In this document: piece after piece, positions 11,489-24,981 of the stretch | How positions within the stretch are numbered: position 1 is the first letter of the stretch | How the letters are laid out: each line of letters starts with the position of its first letter | Source: Paraglomus brasilianum | Lineage: Eukaryota | DNA: 64,000 nt | NCBI GenBank assembly: GCA_910592345.1 | Contig: CAJVPI010000018.1 | Span: 1-64,000 of the forward strand | Reading direction: 5' to 3' | Translations under genes and position numbers: made by a program | The notes under the pieces: generated by a model | Databases searched by the model: none | What the model was told of the DNA's origin: nothing | Seen by the model: the letters and a program-made list of their open reading frames with translations, nothing else

Positions 11489-13446
11489 TTATCGTTTACC
11501 ATTAACTAAATTGTTTGTCTCTGAAGTAAAATCATGAGCAATAGTTAAACCGTCTAATTCGGAAGGAGTATTACCAAGTTCGTTTTTATTGTCCTTTGGT
11601 ACCGAAATGCTCTGTTTTCTCTCTGTTGATTTCTTATTAGCATTAACAGTAGCAGATCTCTTGAGCATTGCAGTAAGCAGAGACATCGACGATGATGGAG
11701 ACTTGGCACCACCAATACTAACAGGTGACTTCAAACTCTGAGCAGGAAGGGAAGTAAGAGGTATCGTGGAACTTGTGGAGCCATAGTTCTGCAGTGTACG
11801 AGAACTCGATGAACCCAGCAGACTATCTGTCCCAACACTAGTACTGATACGTTTTAAACTCTCTTTAAATGGACTAAACCCAAATGATGTTGAAAGCCAT
11901 GATGTTTGCCCTTCTGTCCGCGACTTTGGGTTCGTACTGATGAAAATTTCTTTTAGTTTGTTAGAAGCAGTACTGTCTGTGGAACTCGATAACAAACCGG
12001 GCATACTTAGAACAGAGATGCGGTCAGGACTTCCTACTGGACTAGTAAATGTTGAGGTATCAGAATACTCTTGATGTTTTGATGATAATACAGAATCAAA
12101 ATTGATGGCTACTGCGCTGGGAATAGTGCGTTTCTGTTGCAGGTTCAGTCGCCTTGACTCAAATTGAAACGACCCCTTGGCTAGTGGCTTTTTTTTTGCA
12201 TTTTGAAATAGCTTTCGCACTAATGACCATTGTGTCTGGGGTTGATTATCTAAGCTTAGATCTGTTGGAAGTATGGTATCGAGTTTTTGAAGCGTTTGAA
12301 ACGTCTCATATAACAGCTTGTGGGTTTTTTCGACTTGTTTCATCATTCCGTTCACTGAACACATCGTGAGATTAAAATATCTGAGCGAACGGCTAATTAG
12401 ACGTGACAAATTGCATGGGTTGATTGTTGAGACATTACATACCAACTGTGAGTTGCTCAGATACTGTCTTGGTTTGGAGTTGGCGATTGATCATCGACTG
12501 GATAATCTCTGCGCAGTATGTGTCCACAGATTTAATGGACTCCATAACGATTCTCTGCAGCATAAAATTTCAATGTTAGACGAGGACCAACAGGCAAAAA
12601 TAGTTTGCAGTGCTATCTCATCCATGTGGTAAACAACCCACGGTCTTTTTTTTTTTTTTTTTGGCGCCTAATTTACCTCAAAATACGTTGCTCGATAGAA
12701 CCAATTTACTTACTTGATCGTTGCATATTTCTTCAGCGCATTTTCTTATATGAGATTGGTAAATCAGAGACATATTATACAGTGCCTCATGACTGAAAAG
12801 ACTAGCTGAAAGTGTAACAAAAATAAACCCGATATAAGCCAAGCTTAACTCTTAAATAAAGAAGTTAAAGTCATAAGATACATACAGGTGCTTTCAGCGT
12901 CAACAATTGTTGCGTTATTTCCCAAAAAACCGCTAAGAGTAAAGACATTCGTTTCCGGGTTTGGCTTGATTAATGGCTCAAACTTGGATTGAACGAATCA
13001 GTTAGCGCCTGCGTGCAAATTTTTAGTCAAAAACCAATGATGCGAGTAGTTTATGAAAATCTCATTATAAGTACCTTAGGCATGTTATTGAGAAGTAACA
13101 ACGCAGAGTCTTGACAGCTTGCATCCTCGTAGTCATTATCAATTGTCACAACTCCCTACATAACATAGTATTCTAAGCTTTAATAAAACAATGCTAAATT
13201 GTATAAATGCTACTTTGGCCACAGTACCCTTTCGACATCTTGACGGATAATTTCAGCGTGCGGGAATTTATCACCGACTTCTTCAACATTATGACCCCAA
13301 TTGTAATCTTTGCTTCTTGTCTCATTTACTACCGTTTGGGAGAGAGCATCCTCGAAACCACCAGTAACTTCGTCAGCACCGGCCAGGTTGGCGGTAGGCG
13401 GTCGCTCGGCATCTGTACCGACAACAAACGCACTCTTACTTTCCAT
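11489..13446 (-). CDS. BORCS5: BORCS5/myrlysin-like BORC subunit with a long Ser-rich C-terminal extension, multi-exon (start uncertain)
   Basis: Spliced exons give LLNNMPK|FEPLIKP, LIYQSHIRKCAEEICNDQ, IKSVDTYCAEIIQSMINRQ, TLQKLDTILP, recalling the BORCS5 pattern (PTFQPLL..YQ.HL..CAE.V..DQ..L..L...LP). Recognised from memory. Confidence 0.65.
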
Positions 13447-14519
13447 TCCTAACACCGACAACAGATATCATATGCGAACAATGTGAGGTCTTTGCTAAAC
13501 AAACAAGATTACTTACTATTTGGCTTTTGGTGTGTTAAAAGTGCAATGGGGAAGAAAGAAAAGGCTGCATATCCCGTGACGATCAACGTGGGAATTACCA
13601 CAAACCTCACGAACCTCGAGAAATTATGATGGCTAGAAATTATGCAAACTGCTTATATCATACTTTACCTTATGCAATATTGTATTAAAAATTGTATTCG
13701 ATAATGCTCGCTTGACATCTACCACGTTCGTAAACATCCCTCACTCGCGAGCTGAGGTGACAGCGTATCGAATATGCTACTTGTTGCGAGGATGTCCTGA
13801 AATATGGGAGCGGAACTTCCAATTGGGCTGCATGTAATAATAATATTTTACGTATCCTATTTTACACGAAAAATTGTTTATACCGCGGTGCTCCGAAATA
13901 TTACACGTGTACCTATGAGTCGGACGCGTATGTAAACAGTCACCCCTTCCCGTTTTTCTTTTCATCATGCATAGAAACTGTATTAGTGCAAACTAATTTT
14001 TGGCAGCTTGTCCGTACGTTATGTTTACTCTTTATCAGGAGTTTTTCTTTATAGAAAATGCTTTACAGACCCAGTCATTTTTATATTATCACCCACCCAA
14101 GAACAACATGTCATTATGCTAAAAACGAAAAGTAGCTTTGTTATTATAACTTTACGCAAATCTATTAAACCGAGTGCCTGTAAATGTTGTGTTGCTATAC
14201 ACTATTGTTATTGGTATTTAAAAATTTCATAATAACCCTAGTTTGAGACTCAAACTAACACTTAATTTACGTTTATTTTAACTATTACATAGTCACTGTC
14301 GTTCATCATTTTGTGATAATTAATTTCTCTTTGAAGCTTTAATAGGATATAATGCGATTAATGCTTCGCACAATTGTTTTACGCTTACTACCTAATCAGA
14401 TTGTCCTGATGCTTGTCGTATCTTTGCTTGATCTGACGGTCAAGGAGCTCGTATATCCAAAGGTCATGTGACTATCATAATAATAAAAAAAAATTACTAC
14501 AAACTTTAATTACGAGATG

Positions 14520-15470
14520 TACAAAGGCAACCCCGTTATAACGATTATCCCGTTATAACGAAAAATTTTCAAAACCCCCCATCCAATCATATCCCGCTTA
14601 ACCGAATTTTAATTTGTTACCCGTATCCGAAGATTTTTTTTTAACAAATTTACCCCGTTAAACCGAATTTTCCGCAGTAACTCGAATTAACTCATCCTTT
14701 GTTAACCGAAGGAAGAAAATTTTTCAACCAATAAAAATGCAGTATAAAAACTGACAACATTTATTGCACAGGAGGACCTTTTCGCGTGAATTAAACAAGA
14801 TAAAAAAGAATTATACAAAAAGATTGGCGATTCGAAGGTTCAAACTAATCTTGGCAACTTCTTTACAATTAATCGACCGATTTGTAATATTTAATGCATC
14901 GAGTAATAAAGCGAATTATTATTTTAGCTAAGTGCGCATTTATTTAATATTCATTGTCCCCGACGGCGTGACTACAGGAGGGTCGAAAACGTATGTTACT
15001 ACAAAGGCAACCCCGTTATAACGAAGGCGTCCGTCCGGTTATTTTCCTTCGGTATAATGGGTCTTTGGAATAACGGAGTCACCGTGTTAACCGAAAGTTA
15101 TTCATGATACCGATTCCTTCGGAATACAGCTTTTGTTGAAAATGTGCTTATAAAAAGGTTGTGATTATATAGAGGTTTTTTTCTGTAAGTTAAATAGTAA
15201 TTGGTTCTCAAACATGGTGTGCTTATAGAGGTGACTGTAAAGAGGGTTGACTGTACAGTCAAACTTGGTTATAACGAACTTTGGTTATACCAAAGATCTG
15301 TTTATTATGAAGATTTTCTCCAAACCAATCATTATTGAGCCTATAGCAAATTTCGTTAAGAAATCTGGTTATAAATAACAAATATTTGTCAGAACAACAT
15401 AATGGGCCACTAATTGACTATAACAAAGATCTTTATATAAAAGGATAATCTTCGTTATATGCAATATTCA
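14520..15470. mobile_element. Cluster of non-autonomous TA-target (pogo/Tc1-mariner-type) MITE ends
   Basis: Identical 25-mer TACAAAGGCAACCCCGTTATAACGA at 14520-14544 and 15000-15024; recurring GTTATAACG/GTTAACCG subterminal motifs; terminus TACAGTCAAACTTGGTTATAACGA at 15254. Confidence 0.6.
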
Positions 15471-16391
15471 TTATAAACAGATTGAAGTTTACTATGAAAA
15501 TTGTACCACCGTAAATTGGGAATTGTCGTTTCTGATCCTTCGAGCTTTAAGATAACGTTAGAAAATTTAAATACGAAAGACACAAAAAAACGAAAATTAA
15601 AACGTAATCTATATGTTTGTTATAAACATCGAATATTGTTTCAACGTAAGTTGATTAATATGATAGGATAATGTCTAACCATTAACAAAAACCATCTGTT
15701 CTAGTAGATGATAAATAATTGGAATTTTCGAATACTGCCGGCACAACTTGTACTTGGTGGAAATTCACACCATGTATTTTTGATCGCGTTGAACACCGAA
15801 ATGGAGTTACAGAGTAATGAATTAGAATAGTGATATAAAATTTATTATATAAACGACCTTTTCTCTAGGCGGAAAAGATCAAGTTGGTTATTGCTGAATG
15901 GTAAAATTGAAGCAAAACCACTTCCCTGGAGGTGGATTTATCTCTTGTAATAAATATTAATATCTTTTATCTATTATTGGAAATGTTACATTGTTGTACT
16001 AGTAACAGTTCTACGTTTTTGCTAACTATTGCCGGATAAGTCAGTTTAGTAACATCTAACTGTAGATTAAGCAGATGCTGGAGTATCAGACCAGACAGGA
16101 AGGCATAGTTCAATTGTCAGTGCACATAATTTTTTCTTTGTCTACATAGTTTAGCACAGCATAAAAGTGAGAGTTTATACTTTTGCAATAGTAACAGGAG
16201 GTATAAAGAGCCGGCCTTCAAGAATTAGCCATGCCTTAGATGAGACCATGTCTAGAACTAAGTTTTGAGATATCTCCTAGTCAATTTGAACACAAACATT
16301 CTCCCAGACAACCACATGTAACAGTTGGTTTATGGTTGCTTGAAATAAAAAGAGTAAAGCCTATTACTATATTTGGAATCATCAATGTTGG

Positions 16392-16440
16392 TCCATACAT
16401 TTTTAAAATTAATGATACCCAAACTCTCCAGGAATATCTA
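16392..16440 (+). repeat. 49-bp inverted copy of part of the 1249-1506 ORF
   Basis: TCCATACATTTTTAAAATTAATGATACCCAAACTCTCCAGGAATATCTA matches the reverse complement of ~1365-1414 with 2 mismatches (PYIFKINDTQTLQEYL). Confidence 0.85.
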
Positions 16441-16987
16441 AAAATCATTTATCATTATTAAATTACTAATTTTAAATCACTTAATTTCAATCAAGGTCAT
16501 CTCTTATTTTCTTTGACTTCAATTTGAGCATGTGGCCAATTCCCAATATATTGAGATACGTTTTCTGACAAGGAGGCGTATAGCGATCTCAGTAGTAAAA
16601 CGTTTGCATTTTCTTTTTAAGACGTCGGCTGGCAGTTATTTCTCCGCCATTCATTGCTTTCAGCTGGGCTATTAAAAATATATTTAGAGAGAGCTCGAAA
16701 CGCTTCACGTAATTCGGCAAAATTTCTCTTGGAATCTTTTTTGAGCAACCACAATTGCAACCTACCTCTAAGAAACGTATTGCCTTTCATATTCTGTTGA
16801 ACCATTGTATTCATTATTTTTCATATATGGGTAATCCTATATATAAATTTTACAAATTGTATCGTTTTTTATGAAAATAGAAAAGTCAATTTTTTATTTA
16901 CAGGTAATATTTTACAAGAAATTGATAAAAGCCTACAAATTTATTAATCATTGATTTTAAACATCATAATCACTCTAAATAGATTCA

Positions 16988-17950
16988 TCATTCAAAAGAT
17001 TTTTTCAACAAATACATGTCATGTTCTATTTTAATTGGTTTTCCACAATCAACATTATGATGCCATGGAACATTGGTGTTGATAAAATGTGGATAAAGTA
17101 ACACTCCCATCAAGTCCACACCAATCAAAATCTATAATTTTCATTTGTGTCATAATGTTTGATACCTGCAAGTCACCGTGTGCAAAACCTCCAGCATGTA
17201 AGATACTGACAACATCTTCTGCTTTCCTTAACAATACTTTTTGATCTTGCTTCCAGTCATGAATAGCAGTATGGGCAGTGATATTAATATATTCTTGCTC
17301 TGATAGATATTCCATGACAACCATGATCCAGCCAGTTATATGATTGTATGCATAGACTTTGGGGGCAACTTTATTCATTGCACAGTAATTGTGACCTTCT
17401 ATACCATACCTTTTGACAAATTTCACAACTATCAATTTGTCCTGAAAATCACCAGACTTTCCTTTCACTAAAAAGAGTGGCTTTCCATTATATAGTGGTT
17501 TCACATAAGAAAAGTCAAATTCTCTTGACTTTGTCACAAACTTGTGAATGTATGGAAAACTGTCCTCATGTAAGAGATTACTGGTGTTAATATAGTGAAC
17601 CTGTCCATAATGTGCTTGACAATAATGGTTCAGCTCTTGAAGGCCCATCTTCAATGCCACAAGTGCATGAGCTAGAGCTTCCATTGCCATGGATCATTTT
17701 TCATAAACAGGTGTGGGAAGATCAGGGTAAGAGGTTCCATTGTAAAGTCCTTGCCTAAAACAGCTCTGCCAATACCCAGATAAGGTCCAGAAAGGTAAAG
17801 AAGAAAGGCAGGATTAAGTCCTTGATGTACTATATTACTGTTGTTTAGGCCAATCGTCTTCGTGTAAGAAGCACAGTTTCGTACACTGGATCCTGCATAG
17901 ATACTTGGACTCCGAATCGGAAAAGCTTTTTCCACAAACTTGCATCTCAT
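16988..17950 (-). pseudogene. Frameshifted protein-kinase-like pseudogene of the multicopy early-diverging-fungal (Crinkler-associated-like) type
   Basis: VVKFVKRY, MVVMEYL, HGDLQVSNIM, IIDFDWCG. Frameshifts near 17690 and 17098; the second frame continues YPHFINTNVPW...IEHDMYLLKKSFE*. Intronless. Confidence 0.8.
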
Positions 17951-19013
17951 CGTTATTATCAGTAAGCTTTCTCCTCTTCAAAAACTTGAATCATCCAGTT
18001 TAGTTAATTGTTTCATAAAAGACTTTTTGACTATTACCTGATTGTAATGTCTTTCACATGTCTAAAGTCAAACAATGAAGATAGTTCAGGAAGATACTTA
18101 GCCATTTTGTTAGACTTTTCGCTGCTGTACTAGCAGACGCATGTCGCCATCTTTGATTCTCTTTAGTTGCGCATGGTGCTAACTGAATATTCTCGAAAGA
18201 GAATCAAATACGCAAGGTAGATTTCTGGCCGAACTCATTATAATAGTTGTTGTGTAGCAAAGCGCAATTCTAAAAGTGAATTGAGAAGAAACTGCTTTTC
18301 AAAGTTGCGTGGTATATGCTTGTAAAAGTGTAAATCGGTTTGAAATTCTCCAATCAGATTTCGAGATATTCTAGAACTGACTATTATTATTATTTATTAT
18401 TATATATAAAAACAACACAAATTTGCTTATATTTGAATAATCACACCAAACGCGATAATAATAAATATTGTAAGAAGTAAAACCTTTGCTTGAACAAACT
18501 CACAATCTTCATCAACAAACGTTCGCAAAAAATGCTTAATTTCCCGAGCGAACTCTATTTTGGAATATTTATTGGTTTCGTTCTCAGCCTGTTGATAAAT
18601 GGCATGACTTTTAATAGCCAACTCCGCAATATGGGAATATTAATTAAGAATATGAAGTCCAGAAAATCATCAATGATGACCAAAGAATAGGTTATACTCA
18701 TAAATGGCTTTGGGTCCGAGTATTTTCCTCCCATGCAATCACTCTGGTGCTTTTAGTATTATTTATATTTTCAAGAGCGCGCATTTATGACAAAATAATA
18801 AAACTATGCATACAAATCAAATTATTATTCTTTGGTTGTAATTGTGTCAAAGTAGCAAAATGTGGTCAAGGCTCAATGAATGCACTCAAGCAGTCTTTTA
18901 TCAGCAAGTTAATAACCATAAGGAATGGTCTTTCATTGATAGGTCACTTGATCGGTGGAGGCTCTGTTATGTTAAATTTGCTTTCTTTACATTTCTTCAG
19001 TTTTCGTTTCACT

Positions 19014-19207
19014 GTAAGTTGGTGGTAATTGGTTTTTATTTTCGTTCTTCTTGATAACTTTCATAAGCAATTTTTTCTTTATCTATAGATATTATTGGAG
19101 AATTTTGGTATCATTGATTTTAAAAACATATGGAGCAATTTTTTCTCTTTAAAATACTTCTAATAGTGCTGTAATTCTTTGATTCCATGGTGGATTTGAT
19201 GTAAATT
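19014..19207 (-). repeat. Decayed second copy of the 1249-1506 ORF
   Basis: Colinear with 1285-1499, sharing TAAGTTGGTGGTAAT, GGTATCATTGATTTTAAAAA, TATGGAGCAATTTTTTCTC, AATAGTGCTGTAATT and ATGGTGGATTTGAT; carries a ~10-nt deletion and stops. Confidence 0.85.
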
Positions 19208-21382
19208 ACCGTATTCTTCCGAAAATAAGCAACACATTTTTGTTATAGTGTTGCTTATTTTCGGGTAGTTTAATAAAACGAAAGAAATTCGATCCCGCAA
19301 CCACCGAATCATGTGATTTTTGTAGAATTTCAGATTCATTTATCCGTGATTTATCACGTGAATACGCGAAACGGGTTTTAAACCTATTTTTTCTTCTATA
19401 CAAAACAGAGAAGAGTTGTTAAAACTGTTAAACGTAAGACCCAAATTGTAAAACAAACACGAAATTTGTACTCAATTGAACATAAAAAGAGGTTATTGTG
19501 CAACATCTTCTTTTGTTCGTCTAATAACCCTCAGGTTGGCAACGCACTCCTCTGCATCATTCCCTCGAGCTACTAACCAATATAACTTTGTGTTGGCCTT
19601 CTCCAATTCTTGCTTCCAGCTTAGCGGTGTCCATGTTTTTCTTTGCACAATGTAATGCTAATATACTGATCGTTCACAGTTGACGATTTACCATTTATGT
19701 AATATTAACTTGGGCGCAGCAGAAAATTATCCAATACATCAATTATATTGTTCTATCAATCTTTTATGCAGACTCAAAGAAATTGATTTCGTTTAATATC
19801 GAGTTTGCAGCATCTATCAGTTTCCAATAGTTGCCATTATTGATAGTCGTTGTCTTTGACATTTGTTAATTGAGTCTAAAAAGCTTTGGTACTCATATTA
19901 TGCACGTCATTTGATACACGTGATCAGAATTCTCTGTCACACATGATAATAATAATAATAAGCAATTTAACAATAAACGCGAAAAACGCCAATTAACAAT
20001 AGGCTAAGATGTCTTTGTCATTCTTCATTGCATTATGTTTGATTTGCTTGTGGCGTTAGACGGATTGCCAACACACACACGCGCCCCCTAATAATATCAT
20101 GTAAGTCTGCAAGTTATTATTACCGTTTTCAGTAGAACTTTAACCGTACATAATCCTCTCTTTTTTTCCATCAAATTAATAATTAAAGAATTTTGATACA
20201 GTTTCGGCAAATACCTAACGAGGAGGACCTTGTAAAGATGAGCATTTGTTTGGAATATTATGCCAAGTTCCCAACCGACAAAAAACTATTCAATGAAACC
20301 GCGTGCGGCCATCAAAGCCACAGGGTTTACTAAATCATGTGAATTATGCATGATCACACATTATTGTTGTTACTTTGAACCCCTGAATCGAACTTTAAGG
20401 GCGAAAATCTTTCCCCTCAAAAGAGATAGTGTTGTTTTGCGCAAAAAGAAATATTATTTCCGGAACGAATCTCCCCATCCGATATTAATATGGAGACCTC
20501 CGTGACCTAAAATTGAGGTCTGGAGGGGGATGGTGAGGAAACGAAAAAAAAAAAAGTTTCCAAAAAGTGCTTCGTTCAGATTTGCTCAAAACAAAAAGTA
20601 ATAATAACGACATGCGTATCATTGCTTGAATAAGATTGATTCTGTCGTAATTCAAACCCCAAAGTTCAATGCTCTTAACATGTGAAGACTTTCTCTGCAT
20701 TGTATACTAGTCAGTTGATAGCAGCGGACACTACCATTTTAGCAAATGGTACTACTATCAAATATCATTCCATCGCAATATAGTATGTCGGCAATTGAGT
20801 CGAACGAAAAGAATATACCACCAAATTACCCGGATAAATTAGAGAATAGGCAATTACAAATCAAACACAAAATATCGCTTAAATAGCCACATATCCACGC
20901 TATTGAATATTGGTTAAAGGATTATTTAAAAGTAATTCCGTGAATTTCATTTTTTTAGAATAGACATTACAACATGATTTCCCTTAAAGTGGAGAAGTTC
21001 AACAAAGTTGGTTCCGAAACTTTACAGCAAAGTGAATTAGTAGAAAGGGGGAAGGGTATGAATCAAATAAAACTTACAGTAAATGACATAATTTAAGAAT
21101 GGCAAAATATTCCTAAGGGTTTGGGTTTAAATCACCAATTTGTATAAAAAAAAACACGAGTATATATCAACGAAAGAGAAAAATAACATCCGTAATCCAA
21201 GAAGAAAAAGAAAATCTAAAGATATCCGTGTTAAATAGGTTTCGGATAATTTATGCAGAAATGAGTGAAATGAGAGAAGGAGAACCTCTATTTGTATCTG
21301 AAAACAAGACACAGTATTCCAAGATTTATGACCATCAAACACCAACGTGTATAAGTGTTCGATCACCATCACGCACATAGCT

Positions 21383-24300
21383 TCATTTGGTTGGAGTTCG
21401 TACAGGGCCACCAGTCCTATATTGAAATTATATAAACGATAAGATTCCGGGACAATATGATAAATTAATATTAACCGTTTACATACCTTCCACCGCCTCC
21501 TTGAATTGGTTTTGCAATACGACCGAAGAATGGAGTGACTGTCTTTGCAGCTAGATAATAGATTATATAAAAGAAACGATTAAGTATATCAAACTTTTAT
21601 TGCATAAAAAAGGAATCTCTATTTAAACAGAAGACGTCATACTTCGTGCTTGTTCCAATCGATCCCTCACTGTTTTTAATTGAGCCTCGAATCTAATAAT
21701 CGATATGGTTAGCATTCAATAACAAAAAGCAAGCTTAAATAACAGATTCAAGTCTCGTACTTTTGGTTTTGTGCGGTCAATTTCTCTTGTGCATCTTGAA
21801 GTAGAGCCTCCAATGTCTGGATACGCTCATTTCGTGCAAGCAATTTGCGCTCGGCAATTGCTACTTCTTTTTTGAGCGACGAGTTTTGCTCGACAAGCTA
21901 ACAATTAGAGTGATTTGGGATAAATATCGTCATCAAATGAATCATAAACAGTATATTTATTAACTAACCTGTTTCTGCACGTTTGTGAGTTGTTCCAGAT
22001 TTCTCTCCAAAAAGACCATCTTCCTTTGCTGAGACTTATTATTAGTATTGCGTAATACATTCTGGTATTGCTCGCGTGTCTCATCAAGAGAGATCTCAAG
22101 TTCGACAACTTTCTCGCATCGGTTCTGCAGGTCACGCATCAAGGCCTTCTTCATAACGTCAAAGTCAGCCAATTGTTGTGCCATGGTCTTGCGAATACGC
22201 TCCATATCCTTTTCTTTATCTGCGACATCTTTGTGAGAGTCCGCTTTGAGTTCTCTTTCAGCAAGGGCATTCTAGAGTGGTGTATAGATACGATGTTTAG
22301 CGACTCTGATACACACAAAGTAAGAGAACCGAGTTTATAGACAAATGTATTCACCTGCAGATCTTCCTTCTCGCGTTTAAGGTCCGAAAGAGAGCTGTAA
22401 CGAATTTAAATGTTTACAAGTGATTTTACAAAGAAGAAATGCTTTTCGGATATATTCTGTATTGCATTCATTACCTGCTAATCTTGTGCAGTTCTTCGTT
22501 CTTCCTCTCAAGTTCTTGTCGTAACTCGTCGATCTCTTTCTGCTGAACGTCTTTCTTGGCTGCATATTGGGCTTCCAATTTACTCCTAAGTTCTTGTATT
22601 GTCTCACCAATATCAATAGAGCTATTGGCTTCTTCTTCGGCGATTGTGCGATCTGCATGAAAAATGTCAAAGTGTAAAGTTCATGGTATCATAAAACAAA
22701 TCAACTACTATAAAACGTTGAGCAATAAAATTGTTACCAAGCAACTCTTCGTATTCAAGTTCTAGTGTCTGTAGTCTAATGTCAGCCTCGTCACGCTTCC
22801 TTGTGAGATGTTCGTTCTCATAATTCAACTCGGCAATAGTTTGTTCGTGTTGCGTAATAGTTGTTTCTGACTCGGTCAATTTGCGACGGATGGCAGCAAG
22901 TTCCTCTACCGTTAATGTTGCCTTGCCATCTGTATCGAGAGAATCGAACTTCTTCAATGTGTCGCGGATCTGTTTTTCCTTTTGAGAAATGGCTCCATTT
23001 GGGTCGAGCTCTGCAAGCATCTGGGCCATCTTTTCTTGCTTCTTTTGTTCTTTGTCACCCTCCTTCTGAGACAATTTCAATTCGACCAGTTGTTTCTTGA
23101 GAGCCTCTAGTTCATTCAAAGTCTCTTGATGACTCTCACGAAGACCGTCTAATGTGATAGCACTGTCCTTGTTCTCATAAGTAACCTTCTCCAATTGCAG
23201 TCTAAGATCGGTGAGTTGAGCAACCATTGTTTTGTTTTCAGTCGTAGTTGTTGTTTCTTGCTCCTTGAGTAATTGTAATTCTTCTTTCAATTCACTGAGT
23301 AGTTTCTCTTTCTTCTCCAGTTCAGCTTCCTTCTCTGCAATTTGATCTGTAAGATCATTCTCACGTCTGAGGAATTCTTCACGTTCCTCCTTCTCAAGTA
23401 CAGGCGATGGAGTACTGGGACGAGATTCTGCTATCTCTGATCCTCTCTTGGCAGCTTCTACAGCAGGATTTGGGGCGGTGCCGTTTGGTGGTGCGGAAAC
23501 AGGGCCAGACGAAACCTTGTCCATTGACACCCATTTTTCTTTCGGTACAGTTCCACCTTTGCGCCATACACCAATTTCGTCTTCGAGCGCTGTAATATAT
23601 TGCTGGAAGGTGACAGCCTCGCTCTTGGCTTTCTTGAGTAATGCTTTGAGCTCTGCTGGACTGAGTTCGGCATTGACTCTGGCCTTGTTCTTGATAGTCT
23701 TGGCTCTGTAATGAAAGCAAAATTGTTATTAAAAAATCAGAGAATGAAAAGAGTTTTGAGAACCTAACTCGAAAGGGATACTTGCCTCATACCGAAACGC
23801 AGGGTACTCAAACTTTCAGCTTCGTTAAACGAGGAAGGCGAGGAATTAATAATCAACGTTGTTCGTGAATTTCCACCAAGCGATTCTTGCAGAATTCTTG
23901 TAAGTTTACTGTCACGATACGGAATATGGGTAGATTTGCCGTCGGTCAAGGCGTTAATGACCATACCCAAAGCCGACAACGACTTGTTGATCTTCTTTGC
24001 TTCCTCTAGAGTCTGTCCAGAAGCACCTGTCTTGCCAACCTTCTCGGAACCAGCCAAGTCGACAAGCGACAGTTTACCGCTTTTTACACTACCATCCTGA
24101 AGGTTCTTTTGTGTGATTGTGATTACAAAGATTGAATGCGATCGAGAACTTTCGGCATTCATGTTTGTGTAGGCGACAACACGTGCTTGACCACCGCGTT
24201 TCATAACTTCGTATACTTCTTCGACGGAGCTGACGTATACTTCCAATAGACCCTTGACGTACACACCCCGATTCTTTTCTTCATGAATTGGCAGGTTATC

Positions 24301-24981
24301 ATTCTGAGGATTAAGCAAATCTCTAATTCTCTCCATATAAATTTCCATGTAGGAGACTTTCACTGTATATTCCATTGTCGGAGGAGAGTCTATAATGCAT
24401 TGAAAGATTTGCTCGACAATACGAGGAATCAAACCCTTGAGCTCTTCGTTATCAATGTCAGCACCCATCATAGTAAATGTCTTGCCAGATCCCGTTTGAC
24501 CATAGGCAAAGACAGTACCGTTATAACCATTGTAAACCTCTAACAAACAAATGATGACAAAATGAGGACGATTACCAATAGGAAACATAATCATTACTTG
24601 CACATTATTAAACAATCAGACGAAATTTACCATCGACAATGGGTTTGATGGCACTGTCGAACACTTCCTTTTGTTTTGTTTCAGGAGAAAAGATGCGGTC
24701 AAATGTAAAGTTTCCCTGAAATTCTTTACCCTACAGACATGATTCAGGAAAAAAAGAGATAATCGTTTAGTATACATGACGAGCGAAGGGCTGTATCTTC
24801 CAATTAATATTCAAGTGACGACACGAATATTTGAACACGTGTTAATTACCTGCATGCGACATGTTTCGCCATCATCATCGAATTTTATGATAGGTACACC
24901 GCCCTCTGCAATTTCTCTCTTGTTCTGTGGCCGGAAACGGCATACTACACGGATGTTGTTTCTTTGATCGTTACCACTCAT
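21383..24981 (-). CDS. Conventional kinesin heavy chain (kinesin-1), multi-exon
   Basis: [11 protein letters not shown]-loop [19 protein letters not shown], coiled coils, fungal tail [16 protein letters not shown] and [13 protein letters not shown] 24981; TGA 21383 after a final small exon. Confidence 0.95.

Noticed and set aside
19285..19310. tRNA-like 3' motif TTCGATCCCGCAACCACC
   Set aside because: No matching acceptor, D or anticodon arms upstream.
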